Positions 45,873 through 55,970 of a stretch of 64,000 nucleotides of DNA are shown piece by piece (the first letter of the stretch is position 1; each line of letters begins with the position of its first letter). A program made the translations under genes and the position numbers. The DNA is taken from positions 1-64,000 of the forward strand of contig JBAXAI010000001.1 of assembly GCA_037142615.1 (NCBI GenBank). The letters run 5' to 3'. This DNA is from Spirochaetales bacterium (GTDB taxonomy: Bacteria > Spirochaetota > Spirochaetia > JABEVK01). Under the pieces are notes generated by a model. That model ran no database searches. It was not told the origin of the DNA and saw only the letters and a list, made by a program, of their open reading frames with translations.

Positions 45873-47006
45873 TTATTCCTTTCCTCCGTAGCGCTGCTCA
45901 ACCGTGCGCGTTACGCCGATCAGCAGGAAGCTGACCACGACCATGACCGTCGAGATGGCGTTGGCCAGCGGGTAGTTGGGCGAGCCGCGGAACGCTGTGT
46001 CGTACATATAGATGGCCAGAATCTGGGTGATCTTCGCCGGACCGCCTCCGGTCATGGCATAGACGAGGTCGAAGCTCTTGAGGGAGCCCGAAATCGCCAA
46101 AATAGCCGAGGTCACGATAACGCCCGACATAGCCGGGATGATGATGCTCTTCAGAATCTGGAACTCCGAGGCGCCATCGATCTTGGCGGCCTCGATGATG
46201 GACTCGTCGATTTTCTGCAGGTTCGCCAAAAAGATGATGAGGTAAAAGCCTGTATACAGCCAAAGGATGACGAACAATACAGGAATCATGGCCACGCCCG
46301 GCTGGCTCATGAAGTCGGTCTTCCACTTGTTGAACAGCAAGTTGGTCAGGTCGTCGGCGAGTTCGCCCGAGGTGTTCGAAGAGTAGGTGGCGACGAAGTC
46401 TTTCAGGTCTTGTACCGGCTGCGAAAAGATCGACAGCGAGTCGGGGTTAGCCAGCTTGATGAGCGACTGGATACCGGCATCGTCGAGCGTCACCCCGCCC
46501 GCGAGCAGCGCGGTCACATGGGTGTGGAAGTCGGCCTTGTACAAGGTGTTCATGATTTCGGCCACAGGGCCGAACGGCGAAAAGATGGTCTGCCAAAGCA
46601 GCCCGATCACGATCGTCGAAATGATCGAAGGCATGTACAGCACGCCCTGCCAAAAGGCCGGGGCCTTCACAAGTTTGCGGTAAATGATGTAGGCGAACAA
46701 AAAGCCGAGTGGAATCTGGCCAAACACCGAGATCACTACGATCCACATGTTGTTCGCCAGCGCGTTCCAGAAGAAGCGGTCACCGAACAGGTGAGTGTAT
46801 TGGGCGAAGCCCGTAAGGCCCCAAGCCTGTCCTCCAAAAAGTTTGCCGCCGTTGTAATTCGAAAGCGACAGAAACACCGAGATAATCGTCGGAAACGCCA
46901 TGACGAACAGGTAGAGTACGAAGGCGGGAAGAATCATCACCCAGTACGCTCTTCTCTCTTCGCGCTTAGCCGAGGTCACAGTGGCGACCTTTGTGGCAGA
47001 ACTCAT
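45873..47006 (-). CDS. Carbohydrate ABC transporter permease
   Basis: EAAKIDGA loop; FDLVYAMTGGGP; enlarged extracytoplasmic loop. Confidence 0.92.
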   Translation of the reverse strand: MSSATKVATVTSAKREERRAYWVMILPAFVLYLFVMAFPTIISVFLSLSNYNGGKLFGGQAWGLTGFAQYTHLFGDRFFWNALANNMWIVVISVFGQIPLGFLFAYIIYRKLVKAPAFWQGVLYMPSIISTIVIGLLWQTIFSPFGPVAEIMNTLYKADFHTHVTALLAGGVTLDDAGIQSLIKLANPDSLSIFSQPVQDLKDFVATYSSNTSGELADDLTNLLFNKWKTDFMSQPGVAMIPVLFVILWLYTGFYLIIFLANLQKIDESIIEAAKIDGASEFQILKSIIIPAMSGVIVTSAILAISGSLKSFDLVYAMTGGGPAKITQILAIYMYDTAFRGSPNYPLANAISTVMVVVSFLLIGVTRTVEQRYGGKE

Positions 47007-47037
47007 GCGGTACCTCTCTTTTTGTGATGCTGTGGGC

Positions 47038-47081
47038 AAAAAAAGAGCCGGGGAGGGGCCACAACCCCGGGTCCCCGGCTC
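47038..47081 (-). terminator. Intercistronic hairpin/terminator after the solute-binding protein gene
   Basis: GAGCCGGGGA...TCCCCGGCTC stem followed by a T-run on the minus strand. Confidence 0.7.
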
Positions 47082-47094
47082 AAACGACTAGCGT

Positions 47095-48393
47095 TTACTT
47101 CTTGGCAATGACCTTGGCCTGCATCGCGGCAGCGACTTCAGCGGGGGTCTTGGTGCCAATTCCGATTTCCTGGAGGCCGTTGTTCAGCACTTCCACCACC
47201 GGAGCGTTGTCGCCATCGATGACGCCGTCAAGCACGTAGCCGGTCACCGGGATCTTGCCGTAGTAGGCAGCCAGTTTGCCCGACAAGGGCTCGATCTTGT
47301 CCGAGGTGACGTTCTTGCGCGAGGGAATGTAGGCGCCGGTCTCGAGGCGAACCTTCTGGACGGCGGGGCTGTACAGGTACTGCACCAATTTGACGGCGGC
47401 CTTTTCGACGGCCGAACCGGCGGCGACGTTGGTCGAGATGCCGTAACCGGTACCGACGATGGCCGAGATCAGGCCGGGGTTCTTCTCTCCTGGAATGGAC
47501 GGGAATGAGATGATCTCGAAGTCGGACTTCTGGGCAGCGGGAGCAATGAGGGCCTTACCCGAAGCCTTGTCGGTCAGGAACGCACCCACGCGCCAGTCAC
47601 CATCGATGAGGAAGGCGGCCTTGCCGTCGGCGAACAACTGGGGAACTTCGCCGTAGCCAGTCTGAATGGTGTCCTTCGACAACACGCCGTCCTTGTACAG
47701 GGTGGCGATGAAGGTCAGGGCATCGACGAAGGGCTTGTCGGTGAACTTAGCGTTACCCTTGATCACGGAGTCGATAAAAGCGTTACCAGCCATGCGTCCC
47801 GACACGGTCGAGAAGAGGCAAGACTGCATGACCCAAGTGTCCTTGTTCGCCATCAGCACGGTTTGGATGCCCTTGGCCTTGAGCTTGGGCACCATGGCCT
47901 TCAACTCGGCGTAGGTCTTGGGAACGGCGAGGCCGTTGGCCTTGAGCAAGGCGACGTTGGCGTACATGGCAGTGGTGTAAGTAACCGACTGGGGCAGAAT
48001 GGCCAATTTGTTGCCCGACTGGTTGGCGGGGTTAACCGCTGCGGGTACAAAGTTGTTCAAGTCGGAACCAAGCAAGGGCTTGAGGTCCTTGAGCAGGTTC
48101 TTCGTGTGCAGGCTGGCGCTGCGGCCAGAAGGCCAAGCGAAGAGCACGTCGGGAAGCTGGCCGGCGGCAATGTAGGCCTCGGTCTTCTGGTGGAAGGGTT
48201 CGTTGAACAACTCTTCCTTGACCAAATCGATGTCCGGGTTCGCTTTGGCGAACGCATCCCAAATGGCCTTGTCATCGGCATACCCAGCCTGGGTCGCGTC
48301 GATGTAATTGAGAACCTTCAGGGTGACTTGTTCGGCGTTCAGCGCAAAGCCCAGCACCGAGAGCACCAAGAGCGAGATGACCATTTTCTTCAT
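47095..48393 (-). CDS. Sugar ABC transporter solute-binding protein
   Basis: Signal peptide MKKMVISLLVLSVLGFALNA; AGQLPDV; PKTYAEL; FADGKAAF. Confidence 0.92.
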   Translation of the reverse strand: MKKMVISLLVLSVLGFALNAEQVTLKVLNYIDATQAGYADDKAIWDAFAKANPDIDLVKEELFNEPFHQKTEAYIAAGQLPDVLFAWPSGRSASLHTKNLLKDLKPLLGSDLNNFVPAAVNPANQSGNKLAILPQSVTYTTAMYANVALLKANGLAVPKTYAELKAMVPKLKAKGIQTVLMANKDTWVMQSCLFSTVSGRMAGNAFIDSVIKGNAKFTDKPFVDALTFIATLYKDGVLSKDTIQTGYGEVPQLFADGKAAFLIDGDWRVGAFLTDKASGKALIAPAAQKSDFEIISFPSIPGEKNPGLISAIVGTGYGISTNVAAGSAVEKAAVKLVQYLYSPAVQKVRLETGAYIPSRKNVTSDKIEPLSGKLAAYYGKIPVTGYVLDGVIDGDNAPVVEVLNNGLQEIGIGTKTPAEVAAAMQAKVIAKK

Positions 48394-48449
48394 GGAAATC
48401 CTCCGTTTTTCTTTCGTCCCCGACATACATCAGGGCGCTAACTGAAACC

Positions 48450-48584
48450 ACCCTAAACCCATCCTTCCGGTCTGTCAAGAGGTTTCATGATTCAATCAAC
48501 CATCTGAAGTCAAACTGGGCATGAAAGGTCCGTTCTCATTGGGACTTTACAAGGAACCCGAAAGCCTATAGGATAATTGAATCA
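48450..48584. promoter_or_regulatory. Divergent promoters with two copies of a palindromic operator
   Basis: Minus strand TTGACA-17-TAGGGT (48478-48450); plus strand TTTACA-17-TAGGAT (48546-48574); TGATTCAATCA 48488-48498 and TAATTGAATCA 48574-48584. Confidence 0.55.
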
Positions 48585-48608
48585 AGCAACTAACCTCTAG
48601 GAGCCGCC

Positions 48609-50204
48609 ATGGATGCCCGCGTCGTGTTGTCACGCCTGACCCTGCGACAGAAGATCGCCCAGACCTTTCTTCAATACTATCAGGGGTACGAAGACCTGCC
48701 GGAACGCCTTCTCGAACTTAACCGCAAAGGTGAACTCGGAAGCCTCTTGTTCTTCTCGGGTGCCAACGTGCGCGACCTCGGGCAGCTGCACGCCATGACG
48801 ACGGCCATTCAGGGCCACGCGGCCGAGAATCCTCAAAAGATTCCGTTTCTGATCACCATCGACCAGGAAGGGGGGCAGCTGACCGCCATTCACCGGGGCA
48901 CGACCATGTTCCCCGGAAACATGGCCCTCGGTTTTGCCAACGACGTCGAATTGGCGCGGGAGCAGGGCGTCCACGTCGGTAAGGAACTTCGCTGGGCTGG
49001 CATCAACCTTTGTTACGCTCCCGTGCTCGACGTGAGTTACGACAGCAAGACGGTTCCCATCGTCGACAACCGCATGTACTCCAGCCAGCCCGAGGTCGTT
49101 GCTGACATGGGGACCGCGTACATCGAGGGTCTCCAGTCGCAAGGCGTTGCCGCCTGTGGCAAGCACTTTCCGGGCATGCGGCTCACGCAGGAAGACACGC
49201 ATTTCGAAGTGGACCACCACCCCGGCGACCTCGCTCGCCTCGAAGCGGTCGAGCTGGCTCCGTACCGTCTGGCCATCGCGGCGGGTATGGAAGTCATCAT
49301 GACCCACCATGGAATCTTCCCGGCGGTCGATCCCGAGTACCCCGCGTCGATGTCGAAAAAGTGGATGGACTACCTGCGCGACACGCTGGGCTTCCAGGGG
49401 TTGGTTGTCACCGACGACCTGATCATGGGTGCGGTCCGCAAACAATTTGGCGACGAGGAAGCTGTCGTGCGCGCTCTCGCCGCCGGTGCCGACCTCGTGA
49501 TGCACACAGGGGTTTCGGCGACCTACATCGACCTCATCGAAAAGGCTCTAGCTGACGGAAGGGTGACCTTGGCCCGCATTGACGAGGCGTGTTTGAGGGT
49601 TCTGCAGGCCAAGGCGAAGTTCTGCCTGGCGCCTCCCGAAGCACCGGCGGCCAAAAAACCTGCCGGCGACCGCATTGCTCTCGACATCGCCCGCAAAGCG
49701 CTCATCCTCGCCCACGGAAAGTCCACGCTGTTTCCCTTGCCCCGCACCCCAGACACGCAAATCGGAGTAATTTTTGCCAATCCGGCGCGCTTGGTCATGA
49801 GTGACGCCATCAACCTGTACGATCCACTTTCGCTGGCGCAGACCGTGAGGACGCGCACGGGGCACACGCTCATCAAGGAGGCCTTCCTCCCTTGGCGGCC
49901 CACGCACATGGAGCAGGTCTCGGCGGGCGACATCGCCTTCATCACCGACTACTGCCTGTTCACCACGGTCAATGCCTATGCCTTTCCCGAGCAATTGGAA
50001 ACTCTGAAGTACACACGGGAGATTTGCCCCAGCAAGGTGATTGTCGGCATCGCCACCCGGAGCCCCGCCGACGCCGCGTTGCTGGCCCCCTACTGCGATG
50101 CTGTCCTTGTGACCGGCGGCCTGAGTCAGGTGAGTCTGGACGCTCTGGTAGATGCCCTGTTTGTCGACGGCAAGTTCGACACCAACCCGGCTAAGATCCT
50201 GTAG
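48609..50204 (+). CDS. GH3 glycoside hydrolase (NagZ-like beta-N-acetylhexosaminidase)
   Basis: IDQEGG, APVLDV, KHFPG...DTH, VVTDDLIMGAV. Confidence 0.88.
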   Translation: MDARVVLSRLTLRQKIAQTFLQYYQGYEDLPERLLELNRKGELGSLLFFSGANVRDLGQLHAMTTAIQGHAAENPQKIPFLITIDQEGGQLTAIHRGTTMFPGNMALGFANDVELAREQGVHVGKELRWAGINLCYAPVLDVSYDSKTVPIVDNRMYSSQPEVVADMGTAYIEGLQSQGVAACGKHFPGMRLTQEDTHFEVDHHPGDLARLEAVELAPYRLAIAAGMEVIMTHHGIFPAVDPEYPASMSKKWMDYLRDTLGFQGLVVTDDLIMGAVRKQFGDEEAVVRALAAGADLVMHTGVSATYIDLIEKALADGRVTLARIDEACLRVLQAKAKFCLAPPEAPAAKKPAGDRIALDIARKALILAHGKSTLFPLPRTPDTQIGVIFANPARLVMSDAINLYDPLSLAQTVRTRTGHTLIKEAFLPWRPTHMEQVSAGDIAFITDYCLFTTVNAYAFPEQLETLKYTREICPSKVIVGIATRSPADAALLAPYCDAVLVTGGLSQVSLDALVDALFVDGKFDTNPAKIL

Positions 50205-50218
50205 CGCCAAGCCTTAAG

Positions 50219-53200
50219 CTAGCGCGGGCCGAGCTCCAGAATGAGCTCGACTTCGCCGAGCGAGAGTTTGGTGGCCCGCGAGATCTCTTCCTTGCCCCAG
50301 CCTTGGCGGGCCAGCTTGATCACCGTTTGCCTCAGGTCGTTGTCGACGCCCTTGCTCTTTGCCGAGGTCCCCACCGGGCTATTGGCCTTGGCCAGCGTTT
50401 GGAAGGTGCCGATCTGGGCCTCGGCCGCATCCTTGGTCTCGATGAGTCGGGTCTCGGTGCGCGCGATCCAGTCGCGGGCTTCTTCCATGCGGCCGATACG
50501 GCCTTCGACGTCCTTGAGCAACTGGTCGAGCTGGATGAGCCTTTCTACGGCCTTGTCGGCATCTTCCTTGCCGGCTCCGAGCACCTTGAGGCGTTTGCGC
50601 AGTTCCTCGACCTCTCCTGGCATTTGCCTCACGTCGGCGTCGAGGTTCTTGATCGACTTCTCGACTTTCTCCAGCAGGGCAAAGTTGCGGTCCACGCCAT
50701 CGGTTGTGTTGTCGAGCACCTCGCGGCGTTTTTCCAGCCGTTCGTAGCGGATTTCGATATCCTTGGAGTAGTCTTCGAGCTTGCGGATCTTCAGCTGGAT
50801 ATCTTGCAACAGGTCGTTGCTGCTGGTGACTTGCTCCAGACGAACTTCCATCGATTGCGAAAGTGCCAGGATGCGCTGGAAGTCGGAATCCATCAGGTCG
50901 ATGCGCTTCTTTTCGGTAGCAAAGCGGGCCATCTTCTCGCTGGTCTCGTCGCCGAGCTTCTTGACACGGGTGATTGAGGACTCCACCTCGAACAAGTCCT
51001 TGCGTTGGACCTCGATGCGGGCCAAATCGCCCTTGAGGTCCTCGATGGCCTCCTGAAGGTCCTGCTTGAGGCTGTCGGCCCGTTCGAAGACCTTGGTCTG
51101 GTTGACAAAGGACTTTTGCTTCTTTTCGATTTCTTCCAGGCTCACCGCCAGGAGGTTGGCCTGATCCTCCACCTTGCCGAAGAGTTTCTTCTGCATGGCC
51201 TCGGCTTTTTCGCGCGTGTCCTGCACGGCGCTTCGATAGTCACGAAGCTTGTTTTCCATATCGAGCAGCAGGTCGCGGTTCTTTTTCTGAAAGTCCTGCA
51301 TGGAGGATTCGTACTCGCGTTCGAAGGCCTCCGAGGCGGCTTGAGTTTTGAGCCTGAGGGTGTTGTCGAGCTCGTCGATACCCGCCCTCAGCCCTGAAAG
51401 CTCGCTGCGAAGCGAAGCTCGGTCCTCCGCCGACCGGGTGACGAGTTCCTCCTTTTGCTGGGTGAACTCCTCGGTGAGCGCTGAGATCTTTTCAGACAGG
51501 GTTGTCTTGTAGCCGCGGTAAAGTTCGCCGACTTCGGCTTCGAGGTCCTTGAAGCGCTGGGTAAACTTGGCCTGGCCTGTGCTGAACTCGGTCGTGGTGC
51601 CGTCGAGAAGTTCCTGCGTGTCGGCCCGGAACTGGTCGAGGTTCTCGCCGACCTGGCGCAAGCGGCTTTCGGTCTCGCGCTCCAGCCGTGTGACGGCTTC
51701 GGTGGCTTCGAGTTCGGCACGGTTGATTTCCTGCTGGTACCGGGCGCTGAGCGACTTTTCGAGCTCGGCGAGCTCATCCTTCAGGCGGGCGCGGGTGTCG
51801 TCGAGTTCGGTGTGATGGCCGCGGATCTGATTGACTGCGGCTTCCTGCGATTCGTGGATCTGACGTTCGAGGCGATCCAATTGCGCCCAGGTCGTCGCTT
51901 GGAGGTCCTGAGTTTTCACGCGGGCCGACTCGGCAAAGTTGCGCTGGGCGTCTTCCATGCCCCGGCTGGCCTGTTCGCGGGCGTCTTCCAGCTGGACTTT
52001 GAGGCCACCTTGCCATTCCTCGAGGGAATGGTGCAGCTGGGCGTTTCGCTTTTGCAGGTCGGCAAAGAACTCTTCCTCGAACCCGGCCAGTTTCTCGCTG
52101 ACATTGTCGAAGGCCCTCGACTTCAGCTCCTCGAGTTCCTTGTCGAGGCGTTCCAGCGAGCCTCTGGTTGTTTCCAGATTCTTCTCGAGCGTGGCTTGTT
52201 CCTCGACACGGCGCAAGTTCATCCTCTCGTCAAAGGCTTGAAAGTCCTGGCCGATGCGCTCTGCGATCCGTTCCATAGCTTGGCGCAGGTTGCTGTCCAA
52301 GACGAGCAGGTCTTTTTCTGACTCTTCCATTTTCTGGTAACGGTAGGCAAAGCCCGCTTCGTAGTCCTTGAGGCGCGAGTCGAGCGTATCGGCCATGCGC
52401 TGTTCATTCTTGCTCACCTCAGCAAGGTAGTCCTTGGCCGACTGCTGGCTGAGCTCCAAGCTGGCCAGCAATTCCTGTCGCATCTTGTCGGCCTCGACCA
52501 CGGTTTCCCGTCGTACCCCGAGCATCTTGGCTTCGAGGTCACCCTTGAGCTGGGCGGTCATGGCCATCAGCTGGCCCTGTTCACTTTGGAACTCAGCGCG
52601 AAGGTCCTGACTCGTGCGGTCGAGCTGCGAGCGCAACCCTTCCAACTCGGTACTGGTGTCGGACCTCAGGGCGTCAGCGTCGTGTCGGGTGGCAAGGAGC
52701 ACTTGGTTGAGGTCGGCGACACCGCCTTCGAAGTTGCGGCCCAAGGTGTCGAGCTGACCCCGAAGGTTGGCTTCCGACAGCGCTGCCAAGCCCTGGATGC
52801 GGACTTCCAGCTCGCGGAAGACCTGAAGGCTGAGCGACTCGGCTTCGTCGGCGGTCTTCTGATAGGTCGCCTCGGTGTCGTCGAGAGTCTGGCGGGCTTT
52901 TGCCTCGAGGTCTTGGCCGGCCTTGAGCACCAGCGCGTCGCGCGTGGCTTCCAGGTTGTCCATCGTGGCCTGAAACTCGTCGACCTTGGCATTGGCCGTC
53001 TTGATCTGTTCCACGTAGGCAAAAGTCTCGCGCTCGAACACTTCCAACGCATTCTTGCGGACCGTCTCGAGGTCCTTGCGGTTGATGTCGGCGAACTCCT
53101 GGCGGATCTGCACAAAGGCGGCTTCGAGTGCAGACATCTGATCCGAGGCGCCCTTGATCCGCAGGCCGATCTTATCCACGAAGATCGTTTCTTCCTCGAG

Positions 53201-53563
53201 TTTCTTGAAGTTGGTTTCGACCCGGGCGGTCATCGCGTCGAGGTCTCTCATCGACAGCGCGTACCTGTCGAGCCGTGACTGCATGTCTTCGATCTCGGGA
53301 ATGCGCCCGAGCAAGCCGGTCTCGACGCCCTGGATGCGCCTCAGGATCTCCTGAGCCGTTTTGTCGTGCACCTTGAGGATGGTCTCGAAGTCCTTGATCG
53401 AGGCCGTCCGTTCGTCGACAAAGGTGTTGAGCTCGTGGCGGACATTTTCGGCAAACTTGCGGATCTTCTCGAGGGAGCGGTTGTTCTTGTCGAGCTGACG
53501 GAAGACCACCAGCATCACTGCCACCACGCCTAGAACGACGAGGTATCCCCAGTCAAAGGTCAT
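50219..53563 (-). CDS. Spirochaete-type long coiled-coil protein (SpiroCoCo-like)
   Basis: N-terminal transmembrane helix then RQLDKNNRSLEKIRKF; long heptad region; C-terminal HTH VIKLARQGW..EEISRATKLSLGEVELILE. Confidence 0.85.
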   Translation of the reverse strand: MTFDWGYLVVLGVVAVMLVVFRQLDKNNRSLEKIRKFAENVRHELNTFVDERTASIKDFETILKVHDKTAQEILRRIQGVETGLLGRIPEIEDMQSRLDRYALSMRDLDAMTARVETNFKKLEEETIFVDKIGLRIKGASDQMSALEAAFVQIRQEFADINRKDLETVRKNALEVFERETFAYVEQIKTANAKVDEFQATMDNLEATRDALVLKAGQDLEAKARQTLDDTEATYQKTADEAESLSLQVFRELEVRIQGLAALSEANLRGQLDTLGRNFEGGVADLNQVLLATRHDADALRSDTSTELEGLRSQLDRTSQDLRAEFQSEQGQLMAMTAQLKGDLEAKMLGVRRETVVEADKMRQELLASLELSQQSAKDYLAEVSKNEQRMADTLDSRLKDYEAGFAYRYQKMEESEKDLLVLDSNLRQAMERIAERIGQDFQAFDERMNLRRVEEQATLEKNLETTRGSLERLDKELEELKSRAFDNVSEKLAGFEEEFFADLQKRNAQLHHSLEEWQGGLKVQLEDAREQASRGMEDAQRNFAESARVKTQDLQATTWAQLDRLERQIHESQEAAVNQIRGHHTELDDTRARLKDELAELEKSLSARYQQEINRAELEATEAVTRLERETESRLRQVGENLDQFRADTQELLDGTTTEFSTGQAKFTQRFKDLEAEVGELYRGYKTTLSEKISALTEEFTQQKEELVTRSAEDRASLRSELSGLRAGIDELDNTLRLKTQAASEAFEREYESSMQDFQKKNRDLLLDMENKLRDYRSAVQDTREKAEAMQKKLFGKVEDQANLLAVSLEEIEKKQKSFVNQTKVFERADSLKQDLQEAIEDLKGDLARIEVQRKDLFEVESSITRVKKLGDETSEKMARFATEKKRIDLMDSDFQRILALSQSMEVRLEQVTSSNDLLQDIQLKIRKLEDYSKDIEIRYERLEKRREVLDNTTDGVDRNFALLEKVEKSIKNLDADVRQMPGEVEELRKRLKVLGAGKEDADKAVERLIQLDQLLKDVEGRIGRMEEARDWIARTETRLIETKDAAEAQIGTFQTLAKANSPVGTSAKSKGVDNDLRQTVIKLARQGWGKEEISRATKLSLGEVELILELGPR

Positions 53564-54225
53564 GTGGAGCTCCTGTCGAAGAGGAATGCGTCCAGTTCCC
53601 GGTAGTTCCGGAAGGTGATGGCGGCGGTCGTTGCTTTGGAAGACCGGCGGCCCAGATGCGCGCAGGGCATGCCGGCCGCGTGGGCACCCCTCACGTCGTA
53701 GGTGACGGAATTGCCCACGTAGAGCACCTGACCGGGGGGCAGGCCAAAGGTATCGGCAATGTGCAGAAAGGGTTGGGCGTGCGGTTTGAGCCAGCCGACT
53801 TCTTCCGACGAAAAGGACAGGTCCCACCAGCCATCGAGTCCCAACGCTTCGAGCCGACCCCGGATTGAAAAGTCCGACATCACGGCCAGCTTGTACCCGG
53901 AATCCTTGAGGCGCCGCAAGAGCGGGAGCAACCCGGCATAGGGCTTCAGAGCGTGGAAGGTTTGGTACCATCGGGTGTATACAACGGCCTCAATGCGTGC
54001 CCGGGCGCTTTCCACAGAAATGCCGAGGATCCGGGCGACAATCACGGCCTGCGTTTCGTGCACGTCAGGCAAGTGTTCGGGATGGTCATGCAGTTCTATG
54101 CGGGCCTTTTCGAGGGCCCTGAGAAGGTGGGAGTTGGCCACGGCCAAGGGAAGGGAGCGCCAGAGCATGGAGGCGTTGGGGTACAGCGTTCCATCCACGT
54201 CAAAGGCGACGGCTTTCAGGGTCAC
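53560..54225 (-). CDS. HAD-family hydrolase
   Basis: GTG start with AGGAGG; FDVDGTLY, LKPH, YVGNS...DV.GA. Confidence 0.88.
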   Translation of the reverse strand: MTLKAVAFDVDGTLYPNASMLWRSLPLAVANSHLLRALEKARIELHDHPEHLPDVHETQAVIVARILGISVESARARIEAVVYTRWYQTFHALKPYAGLLPLLRRLKDSGYKLAVMSDFSIRGRLEALGLDGWWDLSFSSEEVGWLKPHAQPFLHIADTFGLPPGQVLYVGNSVTYDVRGAHAAGMPCAHLGRRSSKATTAAITFRNYRELDAFLFDRSST

Positions 54226-54297
54226 GGCCCCTCCTGTCAGGGAGTCAATTTCCCACAGTTTACAAAAAAAATCAAGCAACATATACTCAGCCCCACC

Positions 54298-55071
54298 ATG
54301 AAGCAGTTCCTTGCCCGTGTGCTGGAAAATCCCGTCATAGCCAAGGATTACCGCGAATTGTTCCTCTCGTGGCCTTCGGAGGTGCGGGTGCCGGCGCCGG
54401 GACAGATCCTGTCGGTGCGTGTGAACGCTGCCACGGTGCCGTTTCTGCGCAGACCCTTTGCCGTGGCCTCGTTCGACCGCCGGGAACGCGTCGCGAGCAT
54501 CATCTACCACGTTCGTGGGCCGGGCACCGAGATTCTGGCGGGCGTTCAAGCCGGCCAGCAGTTGGATATCCTGGGGCCCCGAGGTTTCTTTTTTCGCGAT
54601 CCTCCGCGCCCCGAGGCCGTACTCGTTGGCGGTGGAGTCGGCACGGGTCCCATCGTCTACGCCGCCAATTCGCTGGCCGAAAAGGGCTTTTCCCCGCTAC
54701 TCGTCGTCGGCTATCGCGGCCAGGAATTGGCACCGAGACTTCGGCTCAACCCAGCGGTGACTCTGCAATTGTGCACCGATGATGGCAGCGCCGGGTTCTC
54801 TGGAACCGTGGTGGAGTTTCTGAAGACACTGAGCTCCGGGCTCACCGACAAGGCTTTTGTTTGGGCCTGCGGTCCGCAACCCATGCTGAAGGCCGTTCAT
54901 CTCTGGACAAGGTCCCGCGAGGTTCCCTGCTGGGTCTCGCTCGAGGAAATCATGGCCTGCGGGGTCGGGGCCTGCATGGGTTGCACCGTGGAGACCACCG
55001 ACGAGCGACGGGTGGTCCGGGTGTGCACCGAAGGGCCTGTCCTGGCCTCCGAGGCCGTCAAATGGACCTGA
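54298..55071 (+). CDS. pyrK: Dihydroorotate dehydrogenase electron transfer subunit
   Basis: LRRPF, GGGVG, ACGPQPML, MACGVGACMGC...VCTEGPV. Confidence 0.93.
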   Translation: MKQFLARVLENPVIAKDYRELFLSWPSEVRVPAPGQILSVRVNAATVPFLRRPFAVASFDRRERVASIIYHVRGPGTEILAGVQAGQQLDILGPRGFFFRDPPRPEAVLVGGGVGTGPIVYAANSLAEKGFSPLLVVGYRGQELAPRLRLNPAVTLQLCTDDGSAGFSGTVVEFLKTLSSGLTDKAFVWACGPQPMLKAVHLWTRSREVPCWVSLEEIMACGVGACMGCTVETTDERRVVRVCTEGPVLASEAVKWT

Positions 55072-55967
55072 CTCTCCGCCTTCGCGAACTGACTTTGGCC
55101 GGTCCTGTCGGCGTTGCCTCGGGAACCTTCGGCTATGCCAAGGAGTACGAGGCTCTGGTGGACTTTTCCCGCATCGGCGCCGTCTACACCAAGGCAGTGA
55201 CGCCCGAGCCCAGGCTGGGCAATCCCTCGCCCCGGCTGGTCGAAACTGCGTCGGGCATGCTTAACTCGATTGGGCTTGCCAACGTGGGGGTCGAAGCGTT
55301 CATCCGCGACAAGATGCCCTTTCTACGCAGCCTTCCGTCGGCGGTGATCGTCAACGTGGCCGGGGCCGTCAACGAAGACTACGAGGCCGTGCTCGAGGCC
55401 CTGGAAGGCGTGGAAGGCGTTGGTGGTTACGAGATCAATGTTTCGTGTCCGAACGTGAAACACGGCGGGATGGCGCTCGGTACGGATCCCCGCTTGGTGG
55501 CCGACCTTACGCGCTCGCTGCGCTCCCGTACCAAGCGTCCGCTCATCCTGAAGCTGTCCCCGAACGTCACCGATATCGGAGCGACCGCCGAGGCGGCCGA
55601 GGCTGAAGGCGCCGATGCCGTAAGCTGCATCAATACCCTGGTTGGAATGGTCATCGACATCCGGGCCCGCAAGCCGGTGCTCCCTTTGGGAACCGGGGGC
55701 CTTTCAGGACCGGCCATCCTTCCCATTGCCGTGGCAGCCGTTTATAAGGTGAGCCGGCGTATCAAGATACCTGTTATTGGCATCGGCGGCATCACCCGCT
55801 GGCAAGACGCGGTACAGCACCTGCTTGCCGGAGCCAAGGGGGTACAGGTCGGGTCCGGAACGTTCGCCAACCCGCGCCTGGCCGAAGAGGTTCACGACGG
55901 TATTGTCGCCTGGTGCCGTGAAGCCGGGGTCTTGAAGCTGGCCGACGTCGCCGGCCTGTTGGGCTAG
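55062..55967 (+). CDS. pyrD: Dihydroorotate dehydrogenase (NAD+), catalytic subunit
   Basis: ASGTFG, GMLNSIGLAN, EINVSCPN, KLSPNVTDI, GGLSG. Confidence 0.95.
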   Translation: MDLTLRLRELTLAGPVGVASGTFGYAKEYEALVDFSRIGAVYTKAVTPEPRLGNPSPRLVETASGMLNSIGLANVGVEAFIRDKMPFLRSLPSAVIVNVAGAVNEDYEAVLEALEGVEGVGGYEINVSCPNVKHGGMALGTDPRLVADLTRSLRSRTKRPLILKLSPNVTDIGATAEAAEAEGADAVSCINTLVGMVIDIRARKPVLPLGTGGLSGPAILPIAVAAVYKVSRRIKIPVIGIGGITRWQDAVQHLLAGAKGVQVGSGTFANPRLAEEVHDGIVAWCREAGVLKLADVAGLLG

Positions 55968-55970
55968 CCG

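Noticed and set aside
50219-53971. 1250 aa version of the coiled-coil protein, or SMC/phage tape-measure identity
   Set aside because: The extension overlaps the HAD gene and the true start is 53563; no Walker motifs or phage context.
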